DNA of 44,586 nucleotides. It comes from Bdellovibrionales bacterium (GTDB lineage: Bacteria > Pseudomonadota > Alphaproteobacteria > UBA9219). The translations under genes were made by a program, and so were the position numbers. The stretch covers positions 1 to 44,586 of the forward strand of contig JBFXDW010000001.1 in NCBI GenBank assembly GCA_050180745.1, in the 5' to 3' direction. This document shows, one piece after another, positions 33,968-42,192 of this stretch; position 1 is the first letter of the stretch, and each line of letters begins with the position of its first letter. The notes under the pieces were generated by a model that did no database searches, was not told the origin of the DNA, and saw only the letters and a list, made by a program, of their open reading frames with translations.

Positions 33968-34354
33968 ATGAACAGATTACGAATCGTACGAGAGAAAAAG
34001 GATAAAACGCTTGAGCAAGTCGCCCAGGCGATGAAATCCACGCGTGGCACAATCCAACGCTTTGAAACGGGACAACGCAATGTGACCCTGAGCTGGTTGG
34101 AGCGTCTTGCCGACTTTTATGGAGTCAATATCGCTGAACTGGTCACGGACGAGTTCGAGTCCCAGATTGACACGGTGTTGCTCGAAGAAGTTATCGGTTA
34201 TGCCCTTGACCGCTGCCAGGCTGAAAAGGTTGACGGAAAAACCCTCGCAAAGGTTATCGCCATCACCTACGCCCGATGCCAACAAAAGAAAGATGAGGCA
34301 AAAACCGAGCAAATCCGTGAAAAAGTGGACGATATGCTGGCTTGCGTCGTTTGA
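33968..34354 (+). CDS. CI-like repressor (XRE-family HTH)
   Basis: The start is set at ATG 33968 (MNRLRIVREKKDKTLEQVAQAMKSTRGTIQRFETGQRNVTLSWLERLADFYGV). It is divergent from the cro-like gene. Confidence 0.8.
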   Translation: MNRLRIVREKKDKTLEQVAQAMKSTRGTIQRFETGQRNVTLSWLERLADFYGVNIAELVTDEFESQIDTVLLEEVIGYALDRCQAEKVDGKTLAKVIAITYARCQQKKDEAKTEQIREKVDDMLACVV

Positions 34355-34357
34355 TAT

Positions 34358-34654
34358 TTAATTCAGTCCATTGAAGTCGATAAGAAACCGTAACGCCTCT
34401 TCGAAACGCTTAAGCGGCAGCTCTGCCAATTCCTCGATTTGAAACCGACATTCCAGCGCGACCAGCACATGTGCCGTGTTACCATCCGTTTTAGTCGAAC
34501 GGTGAAAGATCATGGCTTCCAGTATTTTGACTTCCAATCGCCCGATGGGCTGTTCCCATTCCTGAAGAAGACAAGCTTCCTCAGCATGGCAGAGATCCTG
34601 TTCTTCGAGAACTTCATCAAGGGTGCGGCGAACCAACTTACTGAAATGACTCAT
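34358..34654 (-). CDS. Hypothetical protein
   Basis: ORF 34358..34678 (TTG start); the first ATG is at 34654. No strong RBS. Confidence 0.45.
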   Translation of the reverse strand: MSHFSKLVRRTLDEVLEEQDLCHAEEACLLQEWEQPIGRLEVKILEAMIFHRSTKTDGNTAHVLVALECRFQIEELAELPLKRFEEALRFLIDFNGLN

Positions 34655-34802
34655 AAAAATCTCATATTGGCTATACAAGGCTACCTAAAAACAGCAACTC
34701 TGAGTTGTAATGTAACCGAAACGAAAGTGTTTTTCAATCAAAAACTTGACATTTAATATAAATTAATCAGACTTTGCGTATATTTCATACGAAAGGAAGT
34801 TT

Positions 34803-35429
34803 ATGACGCTCTCACCTGAACAGCTTCGCGCCGCACGAGGCCTTCTCAATATCTCTCAAGATGAGCTGGCTAGACAGACAGGTATCGCCGTCACGTCCAT
34901 TCGTCAGTTTGAGTTGGGCGTAACGACGAATCTACAGCAAAAGACAAATAGATCTCTACTGTCCTTCTTCTCGGACAAAGTCGAGTTCATCGGAAAGCGT
35001 GGTGTCGCTTTGCGTGAAAGATCGAACCTTCTTCTGGAAGGACCAAAGACGAAAGAGCTTCTTTTGGAAGATATTGCGGCGCACAGGCAGGAAGGCGAAC
35101 TTCTCGTTTTGTGCGGCGAACCCTCATCGGAATCTTTCGAGATCGCCTCGTTCTGCGCGGCTCTCAAAGAGTGCGGCGTGCCTTCCCGCACTATCTGCCA
35201 CAAGAAGGATCTGCCTTTTCCATTGAAGACTATTCCAGTCCAGTTCAACACGATGGGTCTTCAGCTCGTCTATGGCTCGACGGTCGCGCAGATGATAGCC
35301 CCTCAACAGATGCTTTTGACCCGCTCAAGCCTGCTTGCCGAAGGGATTGGCCAGGTTTTTGAGTTGTTATGGAAGATGTTGCCGGAAGAAAACGGACAAA
35401 AACTCGATGAACTTGCATCTCCTGCTTAA
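34803..35429 (+). CDS. XRE-family HTH regulator with a C-terminal domain of unknown function
   Basis: 208-aa ORF with a GGAAG RBS. HTH: LRAARGLLNISQDELARQTGIAVTSIRQFELG. Confidence 0.75.
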   Translation: MTLSPEQLRAARGLLNISQDELARQTGIAVTSIRQFELGVTTNLQQKTNRSLLSFFSDKVEFIGKRGVALRERSNLLLEGPKTKELLLEDIAAHRQEGELLVLCGEPSSESFEIASFCAALKECGVPSRTICHKKDLPFPLKTIPVQFNTMGLQLVYGSTVAQMIAPQQMLLTRSSLLAEGIGQVFELLWKMLPEENGQKLDELASPA

Positions 35430-35431
35430 AA

Positions 35432-35489
35432 GTTGCCAATAAGACAACCTTGTATCCTTTTTATTGACAGATGTTGCCTATTTGGATAC
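35432..35489. promoter_or_regulatory. Second cluster of the same operator-type sites
   Basis: 35432-35448 GTTGCCaataaGACAAC; 35452-35468 GTATCCtttttATTGAC (weak); 35473-35489 GTTGCCtatttGGATAC. Confidence 0.55.
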
Positions 35490-35550
35490 AAGAGGAGGGA
35501 AGGGCTGGCAATCAGCCCCACGAAACCCCTCATTTTAAGGAGATCCGTTT

Positions 35551-35784
35551 ATGTCATCAGTGACCGCCCAGCTTTATCTCGATTTGTCCCACCGCTGCTT
35601 GCGTGAAACCCTCGCCCTCTTGCGAGAAGGCCGCCTCCTCGAAGTGTTCGAAGTCGCCTGCGTTGCAGCAGATCTTTATGAAAAAGCCATCCCGAATTCT
35701 GACGAGGACGATAATGCCCTGTTCATCAGCACGGCTCTGAGAACCCCGCATCCGTCAGAACGACAAGCGAAGAAAGGGGCGTAA
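35551..35784 (+). CDS. Hypothetical small protein
   Basis: 77-aa ORF with an AAGGAG RBS. Confidence 0.6.
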   Translation: MSSVTAQLYLDLSHRCLRETLALLREGRLLEVFEVACVAADLYEKAIPNSDEDDNALFISTALRTPHPSERQAKKGA

Positions 35785-35853
35785 GTGAGAAAGCCTCGCT
35801 TCTTCCGTCAACTTTGGCGCTGGTGGCAAACCATCTGGACGAGGGGTTAAGTT

Positions 35854-36045
35854 ATGACCCGCTCGCCCAGCATATCTCCAAAACGAAAAAGTGCTCTTTC
35901 TCAGATTGCCGAATTAATGGCATTGGCTATCTTGCGGAAAAGAGAGCGAAAAAAACACACATCTAGCGCTTTTCAACTGGACTTTGCCAAGAACGGAAGC
36001 ATGTGTGGTGGAGACACAAACCCTAACAGAGAGTATAGCGAATGA
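35854..36045 (+). CDS. Hypothetical small basic protein
   Basis: 63-aa ORF whose stop overlaps the next ATG (ATGA). Confidence 0.5.
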   Translation: MTRSPSISPKRKSALSQIAELMALAILRKRERKKHTSSAFQLDFAKNGSMCGGDTNPNREYSE

Positions 36046-36476
36046 CGCCGATAGCGCGGCAAATAAGAGAATTACAAGGCAAGAACAGATCCGAACTTAA
36101 AGAAATATGGCGCGATTATTTTAATACAGAAACGCCTCCCTATCGCAGCATTTTTATGCGGCGAGCCTTAGCCTACCGCATTCAGGAGCTAACATATGGA
36201 GGGTTATCTCCTAAAGCTGAGAAAAAACTCGATAGGCTTATTGCGGAAGAGCAAGGAAAGAAAACAAAGCGCCGCACAAAATCCGTAGCCATTCCTGTTG
36301 CAGGCACACGCCTCATCCGTGAATGGCGCGGCAAGCGTTATGAAGTCATCGTTCAGCCAGATGGCTTTGAATATGACGGACGAAAATGGAATTCTCTAAC
36401 GGCCATTGCACAAAACATAACAGGAAGCCACTGGAACGGGCTTGTATTTTTTGGATTACGCAAAAAGGATAAATAG
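36042..36476 (+). CDS. DUF2924 domain protein (serine-recombinase partner)
   Basis: 144-aa ORF with LKEIWRDYFNTETPPYRSIFMRRALAYRIQELTYGGLS and GTRLIREWRGKRYEVIV...SLTAIAQNITGSHWNG. Confidence 0.8.
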   Translation: MTPIARQIRELQGKNRSELKEIWRDYFNTETPPYRSIFMRRALAYRIQELTYGGLSPKAEKKLDRLIAEEQGKKTKRRTKSVAIPVAGTRLIREWRGKRYEVIVQPDGFEYDGRKWNSLTAIAQNITGSHWNGLVFFGLRKKDK

Positions 36477-36479
36477 ACA

Positions 36480-37868
36480 ATGGATAAAAAACAGATTCAA
36501 CCTCTTCGTTGTGCCATTTACACGCGTAAATCTTCTGAAGAAGGTCTTGATATGGAGTTCAACAGCCTTGATGCCCAGCGCGAGGACTGTGAGGCCTACA
36601 TCGCGAGTCAAAAATCGCAAGGCTGGGTTGCTCTTGAAACACATTATGATGATGGAGGCGTGTCTGGCGGCACGTTAGAGCGGCCTGCGCTTAAACGTCT
36701 AATGGAAGATATTGAGAACGGGAAAGTCGATAGTGTTATCGTTTATAAAATAGACAGGCTCTCCCGCTCTCTTATGGATTTTGTGAAAATGGTCGAAGTG
36801 TTTGACCGTCACAATGTTACATTCGTTAGTATCACCCAATCATTCAACACAACGAACTCTATGGGACGGTTGATGCTGAACATCCTTCTGTCCTTTGCCC
36901 AATTTGAACGCGAAGTTATCAGCGAACGTATTCGTGATAAGTTTGCTGCCAGCCGCAAAAAAGGCATGTGGATGGGCGGCACGCCGCCGATGGGTTATGA
37001 TGTCATAGATAGAAAACTCAAAATCAATCCAAAAGAAGCAAAAATAGTCCGTGAGATTTTTGAAGGGTTTGCTAGCACACAATCATGTAATGCGGTTCTG
37101 GCCTCTATGCGTATGGCAGGACATACAACTAAAGAATGGGTCACACAAAAAGGACGACTGCATGAGGGAAAACCCATGCACAAAAACTACATTTACCGCA
37201 TTTTGAACAACCGCGTTTACTTGGGAGAGGCCGTCCACAAAGGAGAATCCTTCCCGGGAGAACATGAGGCCATCATCGACCCGCTCCTTTGGGAAGAAGC
37301 ACACAGGATCCTCTCTCTTGCGCCTAAAAGCAGAGGCAACAAAACGCGCGGCCGCCAACCAGCCTTGCTCAAAGGACTTGTACGGTGCGCCTGTTGTGGC
37401 TCGGCCATGACACCATCTTCAACAGGCATTCGCACCAATGGCAAATCTTATCGGTACTATGTCTGCTTGAAGGCTTTAAGAGAAGGATATGAAATATGCC
37501 CAATACGCTCCATCGCCGCAGGGGAACTGGAACGCGCTGTGCTCTACCAAATCAAGTCAGCTTTTAAGGTTCCTGAGATCATAACCCTCATAGAAAACCA
37601 GCTCGTAAAGCGCTCATCAAACATAGCAAGTGAAATAGCCTCCCAGAGTGAGCGTGAAAACCTTGTCCGTACCGAGCTGGATAAATTTGATGAGCTTTGG
37701 GACATGCTGTTCATTCAGGAAAAACGAGTTCTGCTTTGTGAGTTTATCGAAAGCATAGATGTTTCAGAAAGTGGAATTGATATTCATTTTAAAAAGAACG
37801 GCATGACCGTCTGGATTGAAGGAGCACATCATGAAAGAAGAAACGATAGTTGTTCGGCTGCCGCTTAG
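36480..37868 (+). CDS. Large serine recombinase (phage integrase)
   Basis: 462-aa ORF with resolvase catalytic motifs AIYTRKSSEEG and YKIDRLSRS, a recombinase domain and a zinc ribbon (CACCGSAM...YRYYVC). Confidence 0.92.
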   Translation: MDKKQIQPLRCAIYTRKSSEEGLDMEFNSLDAQREDCEAYIASQKSQGWVALETHYDDGGVSGGTLERPALKRLMEDIENGKVDSVIVYKIDRLSRSLMDFVKMVEVFDRHNVTFVSITQSFNTTNSMGRLMLNILLSFAQFEREVISERIRDKFAASRKKGMWMGGTPPMGYDVIDRKLKINPKEAKIVREIFEGFASTQSCNAVLASMRMAGHTTKEWVTQKGRLHEGKPMHKNYIYRILNNRVYLGEAVHKGESFPGEHEAIIDPLLWEEAHRILSLAPKSRGNKTRGRQPALLKGLVRCACCGSAMTPSSTGIRTNGKSYRYYVCLKALREGYEICPIRSIAAGELERAVLYQIKSAFKVPEIITLIENQLVKRSSNIASEIASQSERENLVRTELDKFDELWDMLFIQEKRVLLCEFIESIDVSESGIDIHFKKNGMTVWIEGAHHERRNDSCSAAA

Positions 37869-38223
37869 ACCCAATCGACGTTCAGGACGAAAATATCTCA
37901 TCGCCCCAGACGGAGCCACCGTTCCTATGGTCGAAAAAACACCCCAGCAAAACACAATGCAGCGTGCGCTCGTGCGTGCCTTCATGTGGCGTAGGGAAAT
38001 CGAAGAAGGAAAATACAATGGTATAAGGGATTTTGCGCGCAACAAAGGCGTACACGAAGACTACGTTTCTCGCCAAATCGGCCTGACGCTTTTGGCGCCT
38101 TCGATCATCGAAGACATTCTGGAAAATCGCCAGCCGGGTTATCTGACCCTTCAACGGCTTTACAGACTGTTTCCGCTTATGTGGGACGAGCAAGAGAAGC
38201 GGTTAGTTTCGCAAAGCGGATAA
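37831..38223 (+). CDS. Recombinase-associated small protein
   Basis: ATG 37831 has an AGGAG RBS and overlaps the recombinase 3' end. The protein reads ...RLPLRPNRRSGRKYLIAPDG...LTLLAPSIIEDILENRQPGYLTLQRL. Confidence 0.65.
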   Translation: MKEETIVVRLPLRPNRRSGRKYLIAPDGATVPMVEKTPQQNTMQRALVRAFMWRREIEEGKYNGIRDFARNKGVHEDYVSRQIGLTLLAPSIIEDILENRQPGYLTLQRLYRLFPLMWDEQEKRLVSQSG

Positions 38224-38346
38224 AAATTATGGATGGCTCGATACAACAAATATATGTTGGATATAAGTCTAGGAAAAACGTGCTGGTACAACCTCAACCG
38301 CAGGTGTGGACGTGGATCACTTGAGTAGGAACAGCGTAGCGAATTG

Positions 38347-38705
38347 ATGGCCAAGATTCGCGGAAAGGATACGAAACCTGAAATGGCCGTGAGGAAGCTT
38401 GTATGGAACGCGGGCTTTCGATGCAAACTGCATGACAAATTGTTGCTGGGTACTCCCAACTTGGCTTTTAAGTCGAAGAAAAAAGTTATATTCGTTTACG
38501 GCTGTTTTTGGCACGGGCACAAATGTCGACGAAACGCGTTCCCAAAAAGCGGTTTTGGAAAGAAAAAATCGAAAGAAACCAAAGGCGTGACGTCAAAGTT
38601 CTACGAAAATTAAGGCGGGACGGTTGGCGCTGTCTCGTTGTTTGAGAGTGTGAGCTCAAAAAGCCTCACTTCTCGAAAAAAGTCTTACGCTTTCTAAACC
38701 AATAA
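38347..38705 (+). pseudogene. vsr: Very-short-patch repair endonuclease (vsr), disrupted by a frameshift and an in-frame TGA
   Basis: MAKIRGKDTKPEMAVRKLVWNAGFRCKLHDKLLLGTPNLAFKSKKKVIFVYGCFWHGHKCRRNAFPK continues in another frame as RFWKEKIERNQRRDVKVLRKLRRDGWRCLVV-TGA(38643)-ECELKKPHF...LNQ-TAA(38705). The frame change is near 38548-38556. An upstream in-frame TAG lies at 38326. Confidence 0.85.
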
Positions 38706-38711
38706 GGTTTT

Positions 38712-38731
38712 ATTGTTTACATGTAAACAAT
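38712..38731. promoter_or_regulatory. Perfect 20-bp palindrome upstream of the C5-MTase gene (candidate operator)
   Basis: attgtttacatgtaaacaat, 41 nt upstream of ATG 38773. Confidence 0.6.
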
Positions 38732-38772
38732 GCGCCCCTATTTTGTTCTCATCTCTTTAGAATCGGAAAATC

Positions 38773-40188
38773 ATGCCACAAGTCTTAAAAAAGAAAACGG
38801 AATCCGCTCTTCGTCGTACCGAATCCATTCGGACGGCGCAGGCCGCGCGCCGAAAAAGATTGAACCTTAAAACCATCACCTTAGAAGTCGATGAGGAAAC
38901 CCACAAGAAGATCAAATCGATAGCTGACCATAAACAAACAACGCTTCAAAATCTTCTGACGGGGACCTTGAGAAATATTTCTCAAAACGGCGATCTTTCC
39001 GAAGACAGACCTTGGAGCATATTCGGAAAGAAAGCTTATGCCGAGGACAAGTGCGAGTTCACACACGTTAGCCTCTTTTCCGGATGCGGGGGACTCGATC
39101 TCGGGTTTAGACAAGCAGGATTCAGAACCATCTTTGCGAACGATATAGATTCCGGCGCGTGCCTAACGTACAGAAAAAATCTAGGTGAGATTGTAGAGGG
39201 AGACGTTCGCGACATAGAGTTGCCGAAATTCAGAAAATGTCCTGACGTATTGACCGCAGGGTTCCCCTGTCAGCCTTTTTCCAACGCCGGATCGCGCAAA
39301 GGCGTCAAGGACGATCGAGGGACTTTATATCAAACGGCCATTGAGGCGGTGCGAAAAACAAAACCTAAGGTTGTCGTTTTCGAGAACGTTCGTGGTCTCT
39401 TATCCTTTAAGGACGGAAAGACCCTTTTAATTCAGGATATCTGCTCCCGCTTGGACGCGCTCGGGTACGATGTTGTTTTCAGCCTCGTGGACGCGTCCCA
39501 CCACAATGTTCCCCAGAAACGCCTCAGGGTTCTGATTATAGGAGTCAAGAGAACGAGAGGAATCGGGAGGTTTTCCTTTCCTCAACCCATCGAAAGGGAT
39601 GATTTGACCTTGAGGCATACGATACTTGATCTCGACGAGGCCGTTCCCAATCAAACGGAATTGATGCAACTCAATCCCCAAGCGGTAAAGTTGGGGGCGA
39701 TGGTTCCCGAGGGAGGATCTTGGAAAGATATCCCGTACGATAAATTGCCGGACAGGTTGAAAAGAATATCGGACAACATAGAGAAATACCGTTGGCCTAA
39801 ATTTTATCGTCGTTTTCACAGAGACGAGATCGCGGGAACAATCACGGCGGCATTTAAGCCGGAAAATGCGGGCGTTTGGCATCCCACCGAAAGACGCATC
39901 TTTTCGGTAAGGGAAATCGCGCGGATCCAAACGTTTCCGGATTGGTTTGTTTTCGATGGAAAGACGGTCAAAGCCAAATATCAACAGATTGGGAACGCCG
40001 TTCCGCCGCGTCTAGCGTACGAGATAGCCCTCCATATAGCGAAGGTATTGAGGGGAGAAAACCTGAGAGAAGAAAAAGAATATTTAACCTTCGAGCAATT
40101 CAGGTGCGCGGGGAAGCCTTTACGGGCCCGTGATCGGGATGTCATTTTCTCGTCTGAGAAATCGTCGTCGAAATCTAAAAAATCTTGA
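38773..40188 (+). CDS. DNA (cytosine-5)-methyltransferase with a ~95-aa N-terminal extension
   Basis: 471-aa ORF with motif I LFSGCGGLDLGF, IV GFPCQPFSNAG, VI FENVRGL, VIII QKRLRVLIIG and X QIGNAVPPRLA. Confidence 0.92.
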   Translation: MPQVLKKKTESALRRTESIRTAQAARRKRLNLKTITLEVDEETHKKIKSIADHKQTTLQNLLTGTLRNISQNGDLSEDRPWSIFGKKAYAEDKCEFTHVSLFSGCGGLDLGFRQAGFRTIFANDIDSGACLTYRKNLGEIVEGDVRDIELPKFRKCPDVLTAGFPCQPFSNAGSRKGVKDDRGTLYQTAIEAVRKTKPKVVVFENVRGLLSFKDGKTLLIQDICSRLDALGYDVVFSLVDASHHNVPQKRLRVLIIGVKRTRGIGRFSFPQPIERDDLTLRHTILDLDEAVPNQTELMQLNPQAVKLGAMVPEGGSWKDIPYDKLPDRLKRISDNIEKYRWPKFYRRFHRDEIAGTITAAFKPENAGVWHPTERRIFSVREIARIQTFPDWFVFDGKTVKAKYQQIGNAVPPRLAYEIALHIAKVLRGENLREEKEYLTFEQFRCAGKPLRARDRDVIFSSEKSSSKSKKS

Positions 40189-40200
40189 TAGAGGCATCTC

Positions 40201-41052
40201 ATGTACTTGAAGTCGTCTTTAGTCGAAATCTCTTTTCAGCGTCTTTCTCCGCGCAAAAACTCAGGAAAGTCCCCCTTAGAGAGAACTTCCGCGCTGATGT
40301 ATTTTTTGGCATTCGACGCCACGGTAAAAAAGAAGGAAGCCTCTCCTTTAGATTTCAATCCTAGAACCCTAGGCGGAAAAAACAATCGCGAAGCCATGGC
40401 TCTCGAGTTTGTCAGATTGGTTCAGCTGCATAATATGCAGAACGGACGCGTGCGACAAGTCCTCGTCCTCGGCAAGATAGAAACAGGAGGAACATCTCCG
40501 GAAAAAAGAATCTCTTCGAATTTCTTCACGGTCCCTCTGAAAAAGGCCTCACAGAGCTCGAAAACCTATTATTATCCGAACAGGCCTGCTCCTGTCATGA
40601 AAATGGGCAATGTTTCGACAGGAAGCCAATGGGGAATGGATTACTACGATGAGTGGAAGAAAAACCTACCGAAACTCCTTTCCGAAACGAAGAGCAACAC
40701 TCCTTTCACAGACTTGGCCGTGTTTATATTAAGGAACGATTCTTTTGACGAAAGCGATGCCTGCCTGAGGGAAGTATTGTCCAAGAAAATAGCTCTTCGT
40801 TTTTCTGAACCTTTGGCCGTTTTTTGGATCAGGCAAATGGAAGCCGAAAAGGTTTTTCTTAAACACGCAAACGCTCCGTTTCAGAACGAGGTTTCCATTC
40901 CTTTTTCCGACGATCGAACAGACCCAGCCATAAACGGAAGTTCCAAAGAACTTCTAAGTGCATTGGATAAGAATGTGCTCATAGACAGAATTCTATACTT
41001 GGAAAAACTCCTGGATGCACAAGAGATAGAATATCAATCCATATCGAACTAA
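40201..41052 (+). CDS. Hypothetical protein (second gene of the MTase operon)
   Basis: 283-aa ORF, 12 nt after the MTase stop, with a GAGG RBS. No motif recognised. Confidence 0.75.
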   Translation: MYLKSSLVEISFQRLSPRKNSGKSPLERTSALMYFLAFDATVKKKEASPLDFNPRTLGGKNNREAMALEFVRLVQLHNMQNGRVRQVLVLGKIETGGTSPEKRISSNFFTVPLKKASQSSKTYYYPNRPAPVMKMGNVSTGSQWGMDYYDEWKKNLPKLLSETKSNTPFTDLAVFILRNDSFDESDACLREVLSKKIALRFSEPLAVFWIRQMEAEKVFLKHANAPFQNEVSIPFSDDRTDPAINGSSKELLSALDKNVLIDRILYLEKLLDAQEIEYQSISN

Positions 41053-41067
41053 AGATCGGAGACCGCC

Positions 41068-42192
41068 GTGACCTCTCGTAAACCATCATTTTTATTGGAT
41101 AGACCCGAACCCCAGATCAGACAGAGACTATACAATGGGCGAAAACTCGTTGTTTGGGAAGGAAAGGTCAATGTCTCCGAGATTCAAGGATGGATCGAAA
41201 ATCCTCGTATCGAACTTGCAAAAAAGACGTTGCAAGGACAAATCGGAGACAGAGACCTGACTCAGGAGGAAATCTTCGATCTTATGAAGAAAGACCCCGA
41301 AGTTCGATTGAAGGAACTGAGGGACGACATTATAAAGAATGGATTGCGCGAGCCGCTTACTCTTTCTTTTCAGGGCAAACTTCTTGACGGAAACCGCCGT
41401 TTTTTCGCGGTCAAATATGCCCTTGAGGGGATGTCTCCAACAGATCCGAACAAGCAAGACTTGGAAGCCGTTCCGACCTTTGTGTTGAACGAAGACGCTA
41501 CGCAACAAGACGAAGAAAACGTTCTTGTCGAAGAAAACTTCTCGGCTTCCCTCAAGATAGAATGGCCAGATTACGTCAAGGCCATGAGAGTGGTAGAGGC
41601 TAATGAAGACGGTCTGTCGATCGAGCAGATCGCAAGAAAATTCAATTGGCAAAGATCAAAGATTAAAGAAACCTTGCGTATATATGAAATCATCAACGAT
41701 TTTATCGCATTCGCGACCTCTCCGCATGATCTCGACGACGAAGGCGGCGGCGGTCTCGGTCTCACGGAACAGGAGGCCGAGGTCGTTGCGGCCAAAAATT
41801 ACCAATATTTCAACGAAGCCCAGAAGTCTTTTCTCGATCCTCTACGTACGGACATAGATTTCAAGGTTCAATTCTTCAAATGGATCCACGAAGGAAAGTT
41901 TTCGAGCTTTCCCGAAGTAAGGGTCGCCTATAAGGCGTGGACGCATCCCGAGGCGCGTGCGGCTATCATGCAGTCGGAACCGGCTTCCGCCAAGGCGGCC
42001 AAGGCTATCATCGACTACAACAACCGCGTGACGAGAAGCACCGAAGAGGCTGCAGGGAGAATCGAGACTTTTGTCAGATTTTTGAGAGAACTGACGGCGG
42101 AGGAGATAAAATCCATTCCGGATCAGGCCAAGGAAAATCTGCAGGAGGCGTTGGCCTTGGTGTCGAGAATGACGGAAGCGGCATCACAATGA
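41068..42192 (+). CDS. ParB/sulfiredoxin-like N-terminal domain protein
   Basis: 374-aa ORF with a GTG start and a GGAGA RBS. ParB box: GLREPLTLSFQGKLLDGNRRFFAV. Confidence 0.75.
   Translation: MTSRKPSFLLDRPEPQIRQRLYNGRKLVVWEGKVNVSEIQGWIENPRIELAKKTLQGQIGDRDLTQEEIFDLMKKDPEVRLKELRDDIIKNGLREPLTLSFQGKLLDGNRRFFAVKYALEGMSPTDPNKQDLEAVPTFVLNEDATQQDEENVLVEENFSASLKIEWPDYVKAMRVVEANEDGLSIEQIARKFNWQRSKIKETLRIYEIINDFIAFATSPHDLDDEGGGGLGLTEQEAEVVAAKNYQYFNEAQKSFLDPLRTDIDFKVQFFKWIHEGKFSSFPEVRVAYKAWTHPEARAAIMQSEPASAKAAKAIIDYNNRVTRSTEEAAGRIETFVRFLRELTAEEIKSIPDQAKENLQEALALVSRMTEAASQ

Larger units (their letters stand above)
1..38223. mobile_element. Prophage (temperate siphovirus-like), partial: left end off-window, right end approximate
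   Basis: Contiguous tail, head, terminase, DNA-modification, replication/recombination, cro/cI switch and serine-recombinase modules. The right boundary is placed after the recombinase-associated ORF. The exact att site was not identified. Confidence 0.85.

Noticed and set aside
34746-34784. TTGACA (34746-34751) as the -35 box of a promoter for the XRE regulator
   Set aside because: The nearest -10-like hexamer, TATATT (34779-34784), is 27 nt away, so the spacing is wrong. I cannot support a promoter call by eye.
38224-38343. tRNA gene or exact att core at the prophage/island junction
   Set aside because: No cloverleaf-compatible sequence was seen. Only an imperfect dyad is present, and the att core cannot be fixed without the other prophage end.
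39427-39984. 185-aa minus-strand ORF
   Set aside because: It is antisense to the C5-MTase gene, which has a complete motif set.
41128-41652. 174-aa minus-strand ORF
   Set aside because: It is antisense to the ParB-like gene inside a tightly coupled plus-strand operon.
41937-42188. Upstream 84-codon extension of the SNF2 ORF (track gives 41937..43871)
   Set aside because: The extension overlaps the ParB-like gene in another frame and translates to Gly/Arg-rich junk. ATG 42189, with its ATGA overlap, is the plausible start.
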